This document shows positions 10,279 to 18,664 of a stretch of 64,000 bases of DNA, piece after piece. The stretch covers positions 24,080 to 88,079 of the forward strand of contig CAZMCQ010000003.1 in the NCBI GenBank assembly GCA_964565195.1, given 5' to 3'. The DNA comes from an uncultured Candidatus Saccharibacteria bacterium (GTDB lineage: Bacteria > Patescibacteriota > Doudnabacteria > UBA920 > 2-01-FULL-46-14). How positions within the stretch are numbered: position 1 is the first letter of the stretch; each line of letters starts with the position of its first letter. The position numbers were made by a program, and so were the translations under genes. Under the pieces are notes generated by a model. The model was not told where the DNA came from and did no database searches. It saw only the letters and a list, made by a program, of their open reading frames with translations.

Positions 10279-10947
10279 ATGAATAGCGAACAAAAATATG
10301 TTTTCGGATCGGCAATTGCCGATGAGGTCGCAAGAAAGCTTCTTGAGATCGGGGCGATTAAGGATAAATCCAGATCTCCCGGCGGGTTGGGTTTCCGCCT
10401 CAAATTGCACGACGTCAATCCCGATGCGCCGCTTTCTCCGTACTACGTTGATCTGCGAATCGTCCGTTCCTCGCCGCCGCTCCTTCGCCGCATTGGGCAA
10501 TTGCTCGTTCAGCGATCATCGGGTTTGGATTATGATCTTTTGGCAGATGTCCCGACAGCGGCGACGCCAATTGTGGTCGCCATGTCGCTCATCACCAATT
10601 GTCCCATGATTACGCCGCGTGAGGGTAAGACGCATGGGTCGGGCAGCAAAGTTGATGGAATATTCACCGAAGGTCAGCGCGTCCTCGTCGTGGACGACTT
10701 GATCACCAAAGGCGACAGCAAGCTGCAGGCGATCGATTGTCTGATACTGGCTGGGCTCGTGGTCCATGACGTGCTTGTCCTGGTTGATCGTGAGCAGGGC
10801 GGCGTGGCACAGCTCCAGGACGCCGGCTACCAGGTCCACATGGTTTACCCTTTTTCCGCCCTCGTGGATTTCTACTGTCGCGAAGGGTCGATTACCGAGG
10901 AGACCTGCGCGGAGATACTGATTTACATGGCGCAAGCCATGAAATAA
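10279..10947 (+). CDS. Orotate phosphoribosyltransferase-like type I PRTase
   Basis: SPYYVDLR motif and PRTase PRPP loop VLVVDDLITKGDS; AAAGGAGG RBS before ATG. Confidence 0.55.
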   Translation: MNSEQKYVFGSAIADEVARKLLEIGAIKDKSRSPGGLGFRLKLHDVNPDAPLSPYYVDLRIVRSSPPLLRRIGQLLVQRSSGLDYDLLADVPTAATPIVVAMSLITNCPMITPREGKTHGSGSKVDGIFTEGQRVLVVDDLITKGDSKLQAIDCLILAGLVVHDVLVLVDREQGGVAQLQDAGYQVHMVYPFSALVDFYCREGSITEETCAEILIYMAQAMK

Positions 10948-11033
10948 GTCCAGCCCGGAGGCGCTGGCAATATCCAAAGGTGGCTCGCGTGATTTGGGAT
11001 TCGTCCCGACTCTCGCAGTCACCTTTTTTTATT

Positions 11034-11073
11034 TGTTGAAAAACACCCACATTTGTGGGTGAAATTCAACAAA
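11034..11073. promoter_or_regulatory. 40-bp near-perfect palindrome (TTGTTGAAAAACACCCACATTTGTGGGTGAAATTCAACAA) upstream of pyrD; candidate operator
   Basis: Read directly; both nested arms (ttgttgaa/ttcaacaa and cacccaca/tgtgggtg) are reverse complements. Confidence 0.35.
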
Positions 11074-11213
11074 CGAATTTTGTCGGCACTGGTGCCAGTG
11101 TTATGCGGCCGTCGATTTTTAAGACGATGGGGGTTGCGAATTGACCGCCTTGTTGATTACAGTAAGGGGTGGTAGAATCAGTTTCTAATCCAAAGGGGAA
11201 AGGAGGCAAAAAT

Positions 11214-12146
11214 ATGTTTGAAACGACTTTGATGGGACTCCAGTTTGAGCATCCCGTCTTCAACGCGCCGGGTGAGGTAAAACGTCTCGAGCATGTCAAA
11301 GCTCTGTGCAGTTCTGCAGCCGTTGCGATCATGGTCGGTTCGATTACCTGGGAGCAGCGCGATGGCAACGCTGGAAATGTGTACTATCCGGGGCCGGAGT
11401 TCTCGCTAAATTCGCTGGGTTTGCCCAATGGCGGCCGGGAGTATTACCGCAAGCATTTGCCGGATATGGTCCGCATGGCCCACGATGCTGGCAAGCCGCT
11501 CTTTGTCAGCGTCGCGGGATTCTCGCCGCACGAGTATCTCCGGCTCGCAGATCTTGTGGCTGAAGCAGGCGCCGATGCCGTTGAGCTCAACCTTGGTTGC
11601 CCGAACGTCTGGGACGGCGGACAGCAGAAGGGCATTTTGTCCTTCGAGCCGGATCGGATCGATGAAACACTCGGGCTTCTCAAATTCGAGCTGGATTTGC
11701 CAGTGAGTTTGAAACTCTCGCCTTACTCGGATCCGGGGATGATTCCGAGGATCGCCGAAGTTTTGAAAAGGCACGCTGATATGGTCAAGGCGATCTCGGC
11801 GGTCAATTGTTTTCCAAACGCACTGAAATTCGGTGACGATGGCCAGCCAGTCATCACCCCCGGACAAGGCCTCGCGGGGCTCGGCGGCCCGGCGATGCGC
11901 CCCATCGCGCTCGGCCAGGTTTTCCAGTGGTTCAAGGTTCTGCCGACACGTTACATCCAGATTATTCGCGTCGGCGGCGCATCCCACGGGAAGGATGTTT
12001 TCGAATCAGAATCTCTCGGTGCGACAGCTACGCAGGTCGGCACAGCATTCTTCAATGAAGGACCTGGGATATTCAGCCGTATCCTCGCAGAGATGGTCGA
12101 GCTGCAGTCCAAAGCGCCGAACTACGGCACTGTCGAGCTCGGCTAG
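11214..12146 (+). CDS. pyrD: Dihydroorotate dehydrogenase
   Basis: FEHPVFNAPG, NLGCPN and LKLSP motifs; AGGAGG RBS; ORF track frame opens at 11169 but ATG 11214 follows RBS. Confidence 0.75.
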   Translation: MFETTLMGLQFEHPVFNAPGEVKRLEHVKALCSSAAVAIMVGSITWEQRDGNAGNVYYPGPEFSLNSLGLPNGGREYYRKHLPDMVRMAHDAGKPLFVSVAGFSPHEYLRLADLVAEAGADAVELNLGCPNVWDGGQQKGILSFEPDRIDETLGLLKFELDLPVSLKLSPYSDPGMIPRIAEVLKRHADMVKAISAVNCFPNALKFGDDGQPVITPGQGLAGLGGPAMRPIALGQVFQWFKVLPTRYIQIIRVGGASHGKDVFESESLGATATQVGTAFFNEGPGIFSRILAEMVELQSKAPNYGTVELG

Positions 12147-12156
12147 CTGGTTTTGG

Positions 12157-12204
12157 CCCAGCACCACTTTTGGGAGGCAAGTGGTGCTGGGAATTTTTTT
12201 ATTT
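12157..12204 (+). terminator. Rho-independent terminator after pyrD
   Basis: cccagcaccac ... gtggtgctggg 11-bp stem followed by aaTTTTTTTaTTTT. Confidence 0.6.
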
Positions 12205-12214
12205 TGGGATTTTA

Positions 12215-12223
12215 TGGTAAAAT
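12215..12223 (+). promoter_or_regulatory. Extended -10 promoter candidate (TGgTAAAAT) for rmuC
   Basis: TGnTAAAAT read directly between terminator and rmuC start. Confidence 0.3.
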
Positions 12224-12239
12224 GAACTGCGATTTAGGA

Positions 12240-12283
12240 ACCCCTCCCGGCCTACGGCCACCCTCCCCTCGGCAGGAGAGGGC
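12240..12283. repeat. GC-rich element, family A copy 2 (weaker, intergenic)
   Basis: cccctccc...ccctcccctc-ggca-ggagaggg partial palindrome. Confidence 0.35.
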
Positions 12284-12294
12284 TAATACAGCAA

Positions 12295-13311
12295 ATGAAT
12301 TTCCAAATACTAATTACAATTCTTATTGTCGCCGGCTTTGCGGCTATTATTTATTTTCTCCGCCGGAAGCCTAGGCAGGACCAGGCCGTGCAGGTTATGC
12401 TGGACTGGATGAAGTCCCTCAAAGAATCCGGGGATCTCTCCCGCAAAGAGATCCAGGAGTCCATTGCCGGCTCCAACAAAGAAATCAACGCGCGTCTTAC
12501 CGAGGCGGCGCGGCTGTTTTCGGATGTGCAGCACAAAGTCGGCCAGATGACCGAACTCGGCCGCTCCATGCAGGCGGTGCAGGAACTTTTGAAAGGCCCG
12601 AAAACGCGTGGCATATTTGGCGAAGATGCGCTGGAATCTCTCTTGAAGCAGGTTTTGCCGGCGCATAATTATCAGATGCAGTATCGCTTTCAGTCCGGCG
12701 AGGCCGTGGATTGCGTGGTCAAACTCAAAGAGGGCCTGGTCTGCATTGATTCCAAATTTCCGCTGGAAAATTTCCGGGCCATGATGAAATCCGAGACTGA
12801 TGAGGACCGCGAGAATTTCCGCCGCGCCTTTGTTCGCGACGTGAAAAAGCACGTGGAAACCATTACCAAAAAGTATATCCTTACGAACGAGGGCACGCTG
12901 GATTTTGCTCTGATGTACGTGCCGATGGAGAGCGTTTTTCAGGAGATCGTGAATGACGGCGAGCTGATGGACTACGCCCGGTCCAGAAAAGTGCATATCA
13001 CCTCGCCGAATTCTTTTTATCACTACATCACCATCATTCACACGGCGCTCAAAGGCGCGCAGATGAACGAACTGGCGCGGCAGGTTTTGAACATTATTGC
13101 CGCCCTCAAGCAGGATTCCGAAAAATTTGCCACGAATCTCGGCGTTTTGAACAAGCACGTTACCAATGCCAAGAACACGGTCGATGTGGTGAACGAAGGG
13201 TTTCGCTCGCTTGCCGGCAAGATTGAGAATGCCTATAATCTGCAGCTCGAGGAGCAGCGGGAAGTGGAAAAGCTGCCCGGCGGGCCGGAGAGCGATTTAT
13301 TAATTAAATAA
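12295..13311 (+). CDS. rmuC: DNA recombination protein RmuC
   Basis: N-terminal TM, long coiled-coil, C-terminal RmuC-type nuclease-like region (GEDALESLL...VDCVVKL...IDSKFPLE). Confidence 0.7.
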   Translation: MNFQILITILIVAGFAAIIYFLRRKPRQDQAVQVMLDWMKSLKESGDLSRKEIQESIAGSNKEINARLTEAARLFSDVQHKVGQMTELGRSMQAVQELLKGPKTRGIFGEDALESLLKQVLPAHNYQMQYRFQSGEAVDCVVKLKEGLVCIDSKFPLENFRAMMKSETDEDRENFRRAFVRDVKKHVETITKKYILTNEGTLDFALMYVPMESVFQEIVNDGELMDYARSRKVHITSPNSFYHYITIIHTALKGAQMNELARQVLNIIAALKQDSEKFATNLGVLNKHVTNAKNTVDVVNEGFRSLAGKIENAYNLQLEEQREVEKLPGGPESDLLIK

Positions 13312-13362
13312 CCCCCTCTCTTTCTCCCCCTCACGAGGGGGGAGAGGAAGTGGGGGTAGGAG
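13312..13362. repeat. GC-rich palindromic element, family A copy 3 (intergenic)
   Basis: tctccccctc-acga-gaggggggaga hairpin plus gtgggggtagg tail. Confidence 0.6.
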
Positions 13363-13370
13363 AAAACAAA

Positions 13371-13895
13371 ATGGCAGTATTTGAGATATTTACAAAACAC
13401 GAGGAGCAGCGGGTTGCGGTTTTCGTGGATGTGCAAAATTTGTATTACTCGGCCAGGAACATTTACAACTCGCGGGTCAATTTCTCGGCGCTCTTGAAAG
13501 AAAGCGTGGGAGAACGAAAACTGGTTCGCGCCACGGCCTATGTCATCCGCGCGCAGATGCCCGAGGAGCAGACGTTTTTCGACGCGCTGTCAAAGGCGGG
13601 GTTCGAGGTGAAAGCCAAAGACCTGCAGGTTTTCTACGGCGGGATCAAAAAAGGCGACTGGGATGTCGGGATCACGATGGACGCGATTCGGCAGATGGGC
13701 AAGGTAGATAGCATTGTTTTGGCCTCCGGCGACGGCGACTATGTGCCGCTTTTGGAATACATCAAAAATTTCGGCGTCCGCGCCGAGGTGATCGCCTTTG
13801 GTAAAAGTTCATCCAACAAATTGCTTGACGTCGTCGACTCATTCATTGACATGGATGAGCAGACAAAGAAGTTTTTGATTCCGATAAAGAAGTGA
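13371..13895 (+). CDS. NYN-domain (LabA/PIN-like) protein
   Basis: VAVFVDVQNLYYS ... DVGITMDAI ... LASGDGDYVPLL motifs of NYN/LabA family. Confidence 0.7.
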   Translation: MAVFEIFTKHEEQRVAVFVDVQNLYYSARNIYNSRVNFSALLKESVGERKLVRATAYVIRAQMPEEQTFFDALSKAGFEVKAKDLQVFYGGIKKGDWDVGITMDAIRQMGKVDSIVLASGDGDYVPLLEYIKNFGVRAEVIAFGKSSSNKLLDVVDSFIDMDEQTKKFLIPIKK

Positions 13896-13903
13896 CCGCT
13901 TGC

Positions 13904-13974
13904 GGTCATCCTGAGGGCTTGCCCCGAAGGATCTACGCCGTATAGAGATTCTTCGCTTCGCTCAGAATGACAAT
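13904..13974. repeat. ~70-bp nested palindrome, family B copy 1 (GTCATCCTGAG...GAAGGATCT...AGAGATTCTTCG...CTCAGAATGAC), intergenic
   Basis: Outer and inner arms reverse-complementary; second copy at 30079..30147. Confidence 0.6.
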
Positions 13975-13980
13975 AATCGT

Positions 13981-14688
13981 ATGAAACCCGTAGCCATTTT
14001 CGATATCGACGGGACGATTTTTCGGTCGAGCCTGACGATCGAGCTTTTGCGCGAACTGATGCGGGCCAAACAAGTGCCGGCCTCGTCCGTCCGGACGATT
14101 CAAAGATACGAGCGGCAGTGGCTGGACCGGCGCGCGGATTACGGCAGCTACATCTGGGAAATTGTCCGCTGGTTCCAGCACGAGCTCAAAGGCCGCAAAC
14201 AGCGCGAGATCGTCGCAGCCAGCAAGCGGGTAATCAGTCAGCACAAATTGCGCACTTATCGTTATACCCTGGATTTATTGGCAAAAATTCGCCGTAAATA
14301 TTTCACGATCGGTATTTCCGGTTCGCTTCTTGAGGTCGTCAGGGAGTATAATAAATTCCTGAAGTTTGATAAATTTTACGGGTGGGAGTTTGGCACCGAT
14401 GCGCAAGGCCGATACACGGGCACGGTGTTATACGATCCGCCGCGGTATAAAAAAGAAGTGATCGCGCGCTATGTGAAGAACCACGGTTTGAGTTTTAGCC
14501 GCTCCGTCGGTGTCGGGGATACCGAGTCAGACATTGGCTTTCTGGAACTGGTCGAGAAGCCGATCGCTTTCAACCCGAACCGCAAGCTTGCGGAAAGAGC
14601 CCGGAAAGCCAACTGGCCGATTGTCATCGAGCGCAAGGATCTGATTGTAGAATTCCAGCCAAAGAAGGTTAAATTTTTAAAAGTATGA
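13981..14688 (+). CDS. HAD-superfamily hydrolase, subfamily IB (phosphoserine-phosphatase-like)
   Basis: DIDGT motif I, GVGDTESD motif IV. Confidence 0.65.
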   Translation: MKPVAIFDIDGTIFRSSLTIELLRELMRAKQVPASSVRTIQRYERQWLDRRADYGSYIWEIVRWFQHELKGRKQREIVAASKRVISQHKLRTYRYTLDLLAKIRRKYFTIGISGSLLEVVREYNKFLKFDKFYGWEFGTDAQGRYTGTVLYDPPRYKKEVIARYVKNHGLSFSRSVGVGDTESDIGFLELVEKPIAFNPNRKLAERARKANWPIVIERKDLIVEFQPKKVKFLKV

Positions 14689-14942
14689 GAGAACGATTCC
14701 GGGGTTCAGAGAGCGCCAGCCGGGAAGTGCCTCCGCCATCTTTTGAGGATCGGGTAAAGGCTTTTTGGGAAAATTACAAGCTGCGGCATATCGAAGAAGA
14801 AGGCGAATTTTTTATGTTGCCGGACGATTTGCGCAATTCACTTGCGGAACAGTTTGAAGAGAATGAGCTAGGGAAGGCCTGGTCTCATTTGCAGGGGTTG
14901 ATAGAGAATGAATTCAAAGGAGATTGGGATCTAAGAAGATGA
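14685..14942 (+). CDS. Hypothetical small acidic protein (85 aa)
   Basis: ATGA overlap with upstream HAD gene; no recognisable domain. Confidence 0.4.
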   Translation: MRERFRGSESASREVPPPSFEDRVKAFWENYKLRHIEEEGEFFMLPDDLRNSLAEQFEENELGKAWSHLQGLIENEFKGDWDLRR

Positions 14943-14946
14943 CCAT

Positions 14947-15022
14947 GTCCTCGTAGCTTAATGGATAAAGCGTCCGCCTCCGGAGCGGGAGACTGCGCGT
15001 TCGACTCGCGCCGAGGACACCA
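14947..15022 (+). tRNA. tRNA-Arg (CCG)
   Basis: GTCCTCGTAGCTTAATGGATAAAGCG...CTCCGGA...GTTCGACTCGCGCCGAGGACACCA; acceptor GTCCTCG/CGAGGAC, anticodon CCG. Confidence 0.85.
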
Positions 15023-15047
15023 AAGATGAAATTTCATAAAAAGTTAA

Positions 15048-15452
15048 ATGTCTAAGAAGCGCGTTTTGGTTTTCGGCACGTTTGATATTTTGCATCCCGG
15101 GCATATTGATTTTTTGCGCCAGGCCAAGCGTTATGGCGATTTTTTGATTGTCTCTCTGGCTCGCGAGAAAAATGTCAAGCGCGTCAAAGGGCAAAAACCA
15201 TTTCATTCTGAAACTGACAGAAAAAAACTCCTTGAGTCTCTGAAATTCGTCGACAAAGTGGTGATGGGGTCTAAAGATAACTATTTGGGGCATATCAAAT
15301 CCCTCAAGCCGGATGTGATTGTTTTGGGCTACGACCAGAAAGCCTACACCAAAGATTTGAAAGCGAAACTGGCCGGATTGGGATTGAGTCCGAGGATAGT
15401 TCGCGCGCAGTCTTATAAATCTAAAATATATCGATCGAGGAATTATCGATGA
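15048..15452 (+). CDS. Cytidylyltransferase-like nucleotidyltransferase, probable FMN adenylyltransferase (RibL-like)
   Basis: HxGH motif FDILHPGH; sits directly upstream of riboflavin kinase. Confidence 0.5.
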   Translation: MSKKRVLVFGTFDILHPGHIDFLRQAKRYGDFLIVSLAREKNVKRVKGQKPFHSETDRKKLLESLKFVDKVVMGSKDNYLGHIKSLKPDVIVLGYDQKAYTKDLKAKLAGLGLSPRIVRAQSYKSKIYRSRNYR

Positions 15453-15799
15453 TAGTTGCGAAAGGCCTGGTGGAGAAGAGTTTGGGTCGGGGCAGAAAGC
15501 TCGGGTTCCCGACGGCGAATATTGCACTCGGGGATGCCGTCGTTGAGGACGGAATTTACATTGGCTTTGCGAATAAAATGCCTGCTTTGATTTTTGTCGG
15601 CGCGGCAGAGACCTTTGGCGAGAGAGAGCGCCGGATCGAAGCGCACCTTTTGGATTTTGACGGGGACTTATACGGACAGGAAATTGAGGTAGAGTTAAAG
15701 CAAAAAATCAGAGAGAGTAGAAAGTTTGAGACTCAAGAAGAATTAGTAGCCCAGATGAAAAAGGACGAACAAGTCGCCCGAAAATATTTTTCAACCTGA
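15449..15799 (+). CDS. Riboflavin kinase (stand-alone RibF C-terminal-type domain)
   Basis: GRGRKLGFPTAN motif. Confidence 0.7.
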   Translation: MIVAKGLVEKSLGRGRKLGFPTANIALGDAVVEDGIYIGFANKMPALIFVGAAETFGERERRIEAHLLDFDGDLYGQEIEVELKQKIRESRKFETQEELVAQMKKDEQVARKYFST

Positions 15800-16384
15800 A
15801 TGTTTACTGGAATTATCAAGACAGTAGCCAAAGTTAAAAAAGCTGAGTTTACTGGAGGCTCGCTTTTTTTAACTGTTGAAAAACCGAAACCCTGGAAAAT
15901 AAAGCCCGGAGATTCCATAGCTACTGATGGCGCCTGCCTAACAGTAAAGAAAGTTGGCAGCGGTGATTTTACTGTGGAATTGATGCCGGAGACCCTAAGC
16001 AAAACTGTTTTTGGAAAAAAATCGCCACACAGAGTAAACCTCGAGCAATCTCTGAAATTAACTGATTTACTTGACGGGCATTTGGTCATGGGTCACGTGG
16101 ATACAGTCGGCAAAATTAGTCAGGTGGAGAGGCGCGGCGCCTCAAAAGTTTACACAATGCAATTTCCAAGACAATTCAGCAAACTGATTGTTTCTAAAGG
16201 GGCAATTGCAGTGGATGGGATAAGCTTGACTATTGTTGATGCGGGCAAGGGCTGGTTTACAGTTTCACTCGTGGATCATACAATAAAGAACACCACCCTC
16301 GGCGAGAAGAGCCCGGGGGAGATGGTAAATATTGAATTTGATATTTTGGCTAAATATTTAAATCGAATATGGCGCAAACAGTAA
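15800..16384 (+). CDS. ribE: Riboflavin synthase
   Basis: MFTGII N-terminus and internal duplicated lumazine-binding halves. Confidence 0.8.
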   Translation: MFTGIIKTVAKVKKAEFTGGSLFLTVEKPKPWKIKPGDSIATDGACLTVKKVGSGDFTVELMPETLSKTVFGKKSPHRVNLEQSLKLTDLLDGHLVMGHVDTVGKISQVERRGASKVYTMQFPRQFSKLIVSKGAIAVDGISLTIVDAGKGWFTVSLVDHTIKNTTLGEKSPGEMVNIEFDILAKYLNRIWRKQ

Positions 16385-16833
16385 TTAAAGGTAATTTTGA
16401 GAGATTTGACGCATCAGAGTTTAAAGTGGGGCTGGTGGCAGCGCAGTTTAATAAAGATATAACCGAAGGGTTGCTGGAAAGTGCGATAGGAATTCTTGAT
16501 CAATATGCCGTGCCAAAATCAAGCATTGCAATTTATAGAGTCGCGGGAAGTATTGAGATACCGGTTATTTTGCAGAGTTTGGCAAAAACAAAACAATATG
16601 ATTGCCTTTTGGCTATTGGCGCGGTAATTAGGGGCCAAACGCCCCATTTCGATTACGTGGCAAAGATCGTTTCCGAAGGTGTTTTGCGTGTTATGCTGGA
16701 TAATAGTATCCCGGTTGGATTTGGTGTATTAACTTGTGATAATCATGAGCAGGCCAGAGCGCGGATTCATGTCGGTGGCGAAGCTGCCGAAGCCGCTCTG
16801 CAAAGCGCTAAACTCATTGATGAAAGAGGATGA
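16369..16833 (+). CDS. ribH: 6,7-dimethyl-8-ribityllumazine synthase
   Basis: KVGLVAAQFN...ITEGLL... lumazine synthase fold signature. Confidence 0.8.
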   Translation: MAQTVIKGNFERFDASEFKVGLVAAQFNKDITEGLLESAIGILDQYAVPKSSIAIYRVAGSIEIPVILQSLAKTKQYDCLLAIGAVIRGQTPHFDYVAKIVSEGVLRVMLDNSIPVGFGVLTCDNHEQARARIHVGGEAAEAALQSAKLIDERG

Positions 16834-16874
16834 GCGCGCGGCGTGCAAATATTTTAAGCAGATAAAAAAATAAA

Positions 16875-17717
16875 ATGTCCATTTTGGCGGTGTTTTTGCC
16901 GTTTGTGGGCACGCTCCTGGAAGAGTTCTCTGCCTCCATCGGCAAATTGAAAGTAAAGATCAGGGAGCAAAGTTTCTATTCGTTCGCGGTGTTGCAGCTG
17001 TTTGGCGGTTTTGTGTTTTTTGCGGTCCTCACTGCGGTGAAAAGGGACCTATTTGTTTTTTCCGTGGCCAGTCTGCCGACCCTTCTGTTGCGGTTTGTTC
17101 TCGAAACCCTTCAGGTTTACGCGACTATTTATGCGATCATCCGCGCGGACCGCAGCACCTACGGCTTCATCCGCGTCGGCACAATGCCGCTTCTGCTTGC
17201 GGTGGACGTGGCCATGGGTTACGCGATCCGGGCTACGCAAATTTTTGGCATCGGACTAATTCTGGCCAGTATTTTGCTGGTTTTCCTTGGCAAAAAATTT
17301 GGCAAAGCCGGGACGATATCCGTGATTATTTCCACGGTGAATGCCGTCGTGACGATTTCGCTTTATAAATACAACATCACAAATTTCAATACCGTGGCCG
17401 CCGAACAGCTTGTGATGCTTGGCCTGCTTTCGTTGTTTTTTATTATTATGGCTTTTACGGTCGGCAGAGAGAACCCTTTCAAGCTCATCACCAAGCCGAT
17501 ATATTTCGGACAGGCAGTGAGCGTGGGTCTGGCCAGCCTCCTGGAGAGCTTTGCCTATGCCCTGGGGCCGGCCTCGGTCATTCTGGCGGCTAAACGCGCT
17601 TCAGCCGTGTTCTGGGCCATGGCCGCCGGCAACCTCTATTTCCACGAACGGCACTTTTTGTTTAAACTAACCGTATTCGCGCTCTTGGCCGGCGGCATCA
17701 TTTTGCTTATAATTTAA
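16875..17717 (+). CDS. DMT/EamA-like membrane transporter (10 predicted TM)
   Basis: Hydrophobicity pattern; two-fold repeat typical of DMT superfamily. Confidence 0.45.
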   Translation: MSILAVFLPFVGTLLEEFSASIGKLKVKIREQSFYSFAVLQLFGGFVFFAVLTAVKRDLFVFSVASLPTLLLRFVLETLQVYATIYAIIRADRSTYGFIRVGTMPLLLAVDVAMGYAIRATQIFGIGLILASILLVFLGKKFGKAGTISVIISTVNAVVTISLYKYNITNFNTVAAEQLVMLGLLSLFFIIMAFTVGRENPFKLITKPIYFGQAVSVGLASLLESFAYALGPASVILAAKRASAVFWAMAAGNLYFHERHFLFKLTVFALLAGGIILLII

Positions 17718-17734
17718 CCATTAAGAACATTCAC

Positions 17735-18664
17735 ATGAATCAATACAAAACCGGGCCGTGGCTCGTGGTAGTAGCGGCCATGCTCTGGGCCGTGGACGCG
17801 CCGTTTCGCAAATTTTTAACTGCCGATTTGCGCTCGACGACCATCGTTTTAATGGAGCACCTCGTTATCGCCGTGCTGGTCGTTATATTTTTGTTCCGCT
17901 ATCTGCCGGAACTTCGGAAACTCCGGCACTTCGAATGGTGGGCCGTGGTTTTCATCGGTCTGGGCGGATCGGCGCTGGCCACCGTGATGTTCACGCAGAG
18001 TTTCCATTACCTTAATCCCTCGGTCGCGATTCTGCTACAAAAGGTCCAGCCGTTTATCGCGATTCTGCTGGCGGTGTGGCTGCTGCGCGAGAAACTCGGC
18101 AAAACATTTTGGCTTTGGGCTCTGCTTGGCGTGTTTGGCGCTTACCTTGTGAGTTTTCCGGATTTCAAGATTGGCAGTGTCGCGGGGTCGCCGAATGCTT
18201 TAGGTGTGTTGCTGGCCCTCGGCGCCGCGTTTTTCTGGGGCGGCTCGACAGTCATGGGACGGGTGGTGCTCTCCCGCGTAAGCTTCCAGGCCATGACCGC
18301 CGTGCGGTTTTTGTCCGCCCTGCTCTTTTTGGTGCTGATTGAGCTTTTTACCGGACGGATCAGTGAGGTGGCTGGCGCGTCGCCAAAAGACTGGCTCTAT
18401 GTTCTGATCATCGCGGTTGTGGCGGGTTTTGTTTCGCTGTTTATCTATTATCGCGGGTTGACTCATACCAAAGCCAGCGTTGCCACCCTCGGCGAACTGG
18501 CTTTTCCGGTAGCCGCCGTGATCGTGAACTGGAAATTCCTGGGTGCGGCGCTGGAACCCACGCAAATCGTCGGGGGCCTGATTCTGCTTGCGGCCACGAT
18601 TGGGCTGTCGTATTTTAATGCGGCTTCTTCCTGGGAATACGAGGCCAAAGAAATACCGGTATGA
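17735..18664 (+). CDS. DMT/EamA family transporter
   Basis: Two EamA-like repeats; 10 TM. Confidence 0.55.
   Translation: MNQYKTGPWLVVVAAMLWAVDAPFRKFLTADLRSTTIVLMEHLVIAVLVVIFLFRYLPELRKLRHFEWWAVVFIGLGGSALATVMFTQSFHYLNPSVAILLQKVQPFIAILLAVWLLREKLGKTFWLWALLGVFGAYLVSFPDFKIGSVAGSPNALGVLLALGAAFFWGGSTVMGRVVLSRVSFQAMTAVRFLSALLFLVLIELFTGRISEVAGASPKDWLYVLIIAVVAGFVSLFIYYRGLTHTKASVATLGELAFPVAAVIVNWKFLGAALEPTQIVGGLILLAATIGLSYFNAASSWEYEAKEIPV

Noticed and set aside
12310-13158. 282-aa ORF on the minus strand
   Set aside because: Lies entirely antisense to the well-supported rmuC gene; Arg/Gly/His-rich translation typical of antisense frames in GC-rich coding DNA; no RBS or motifs.
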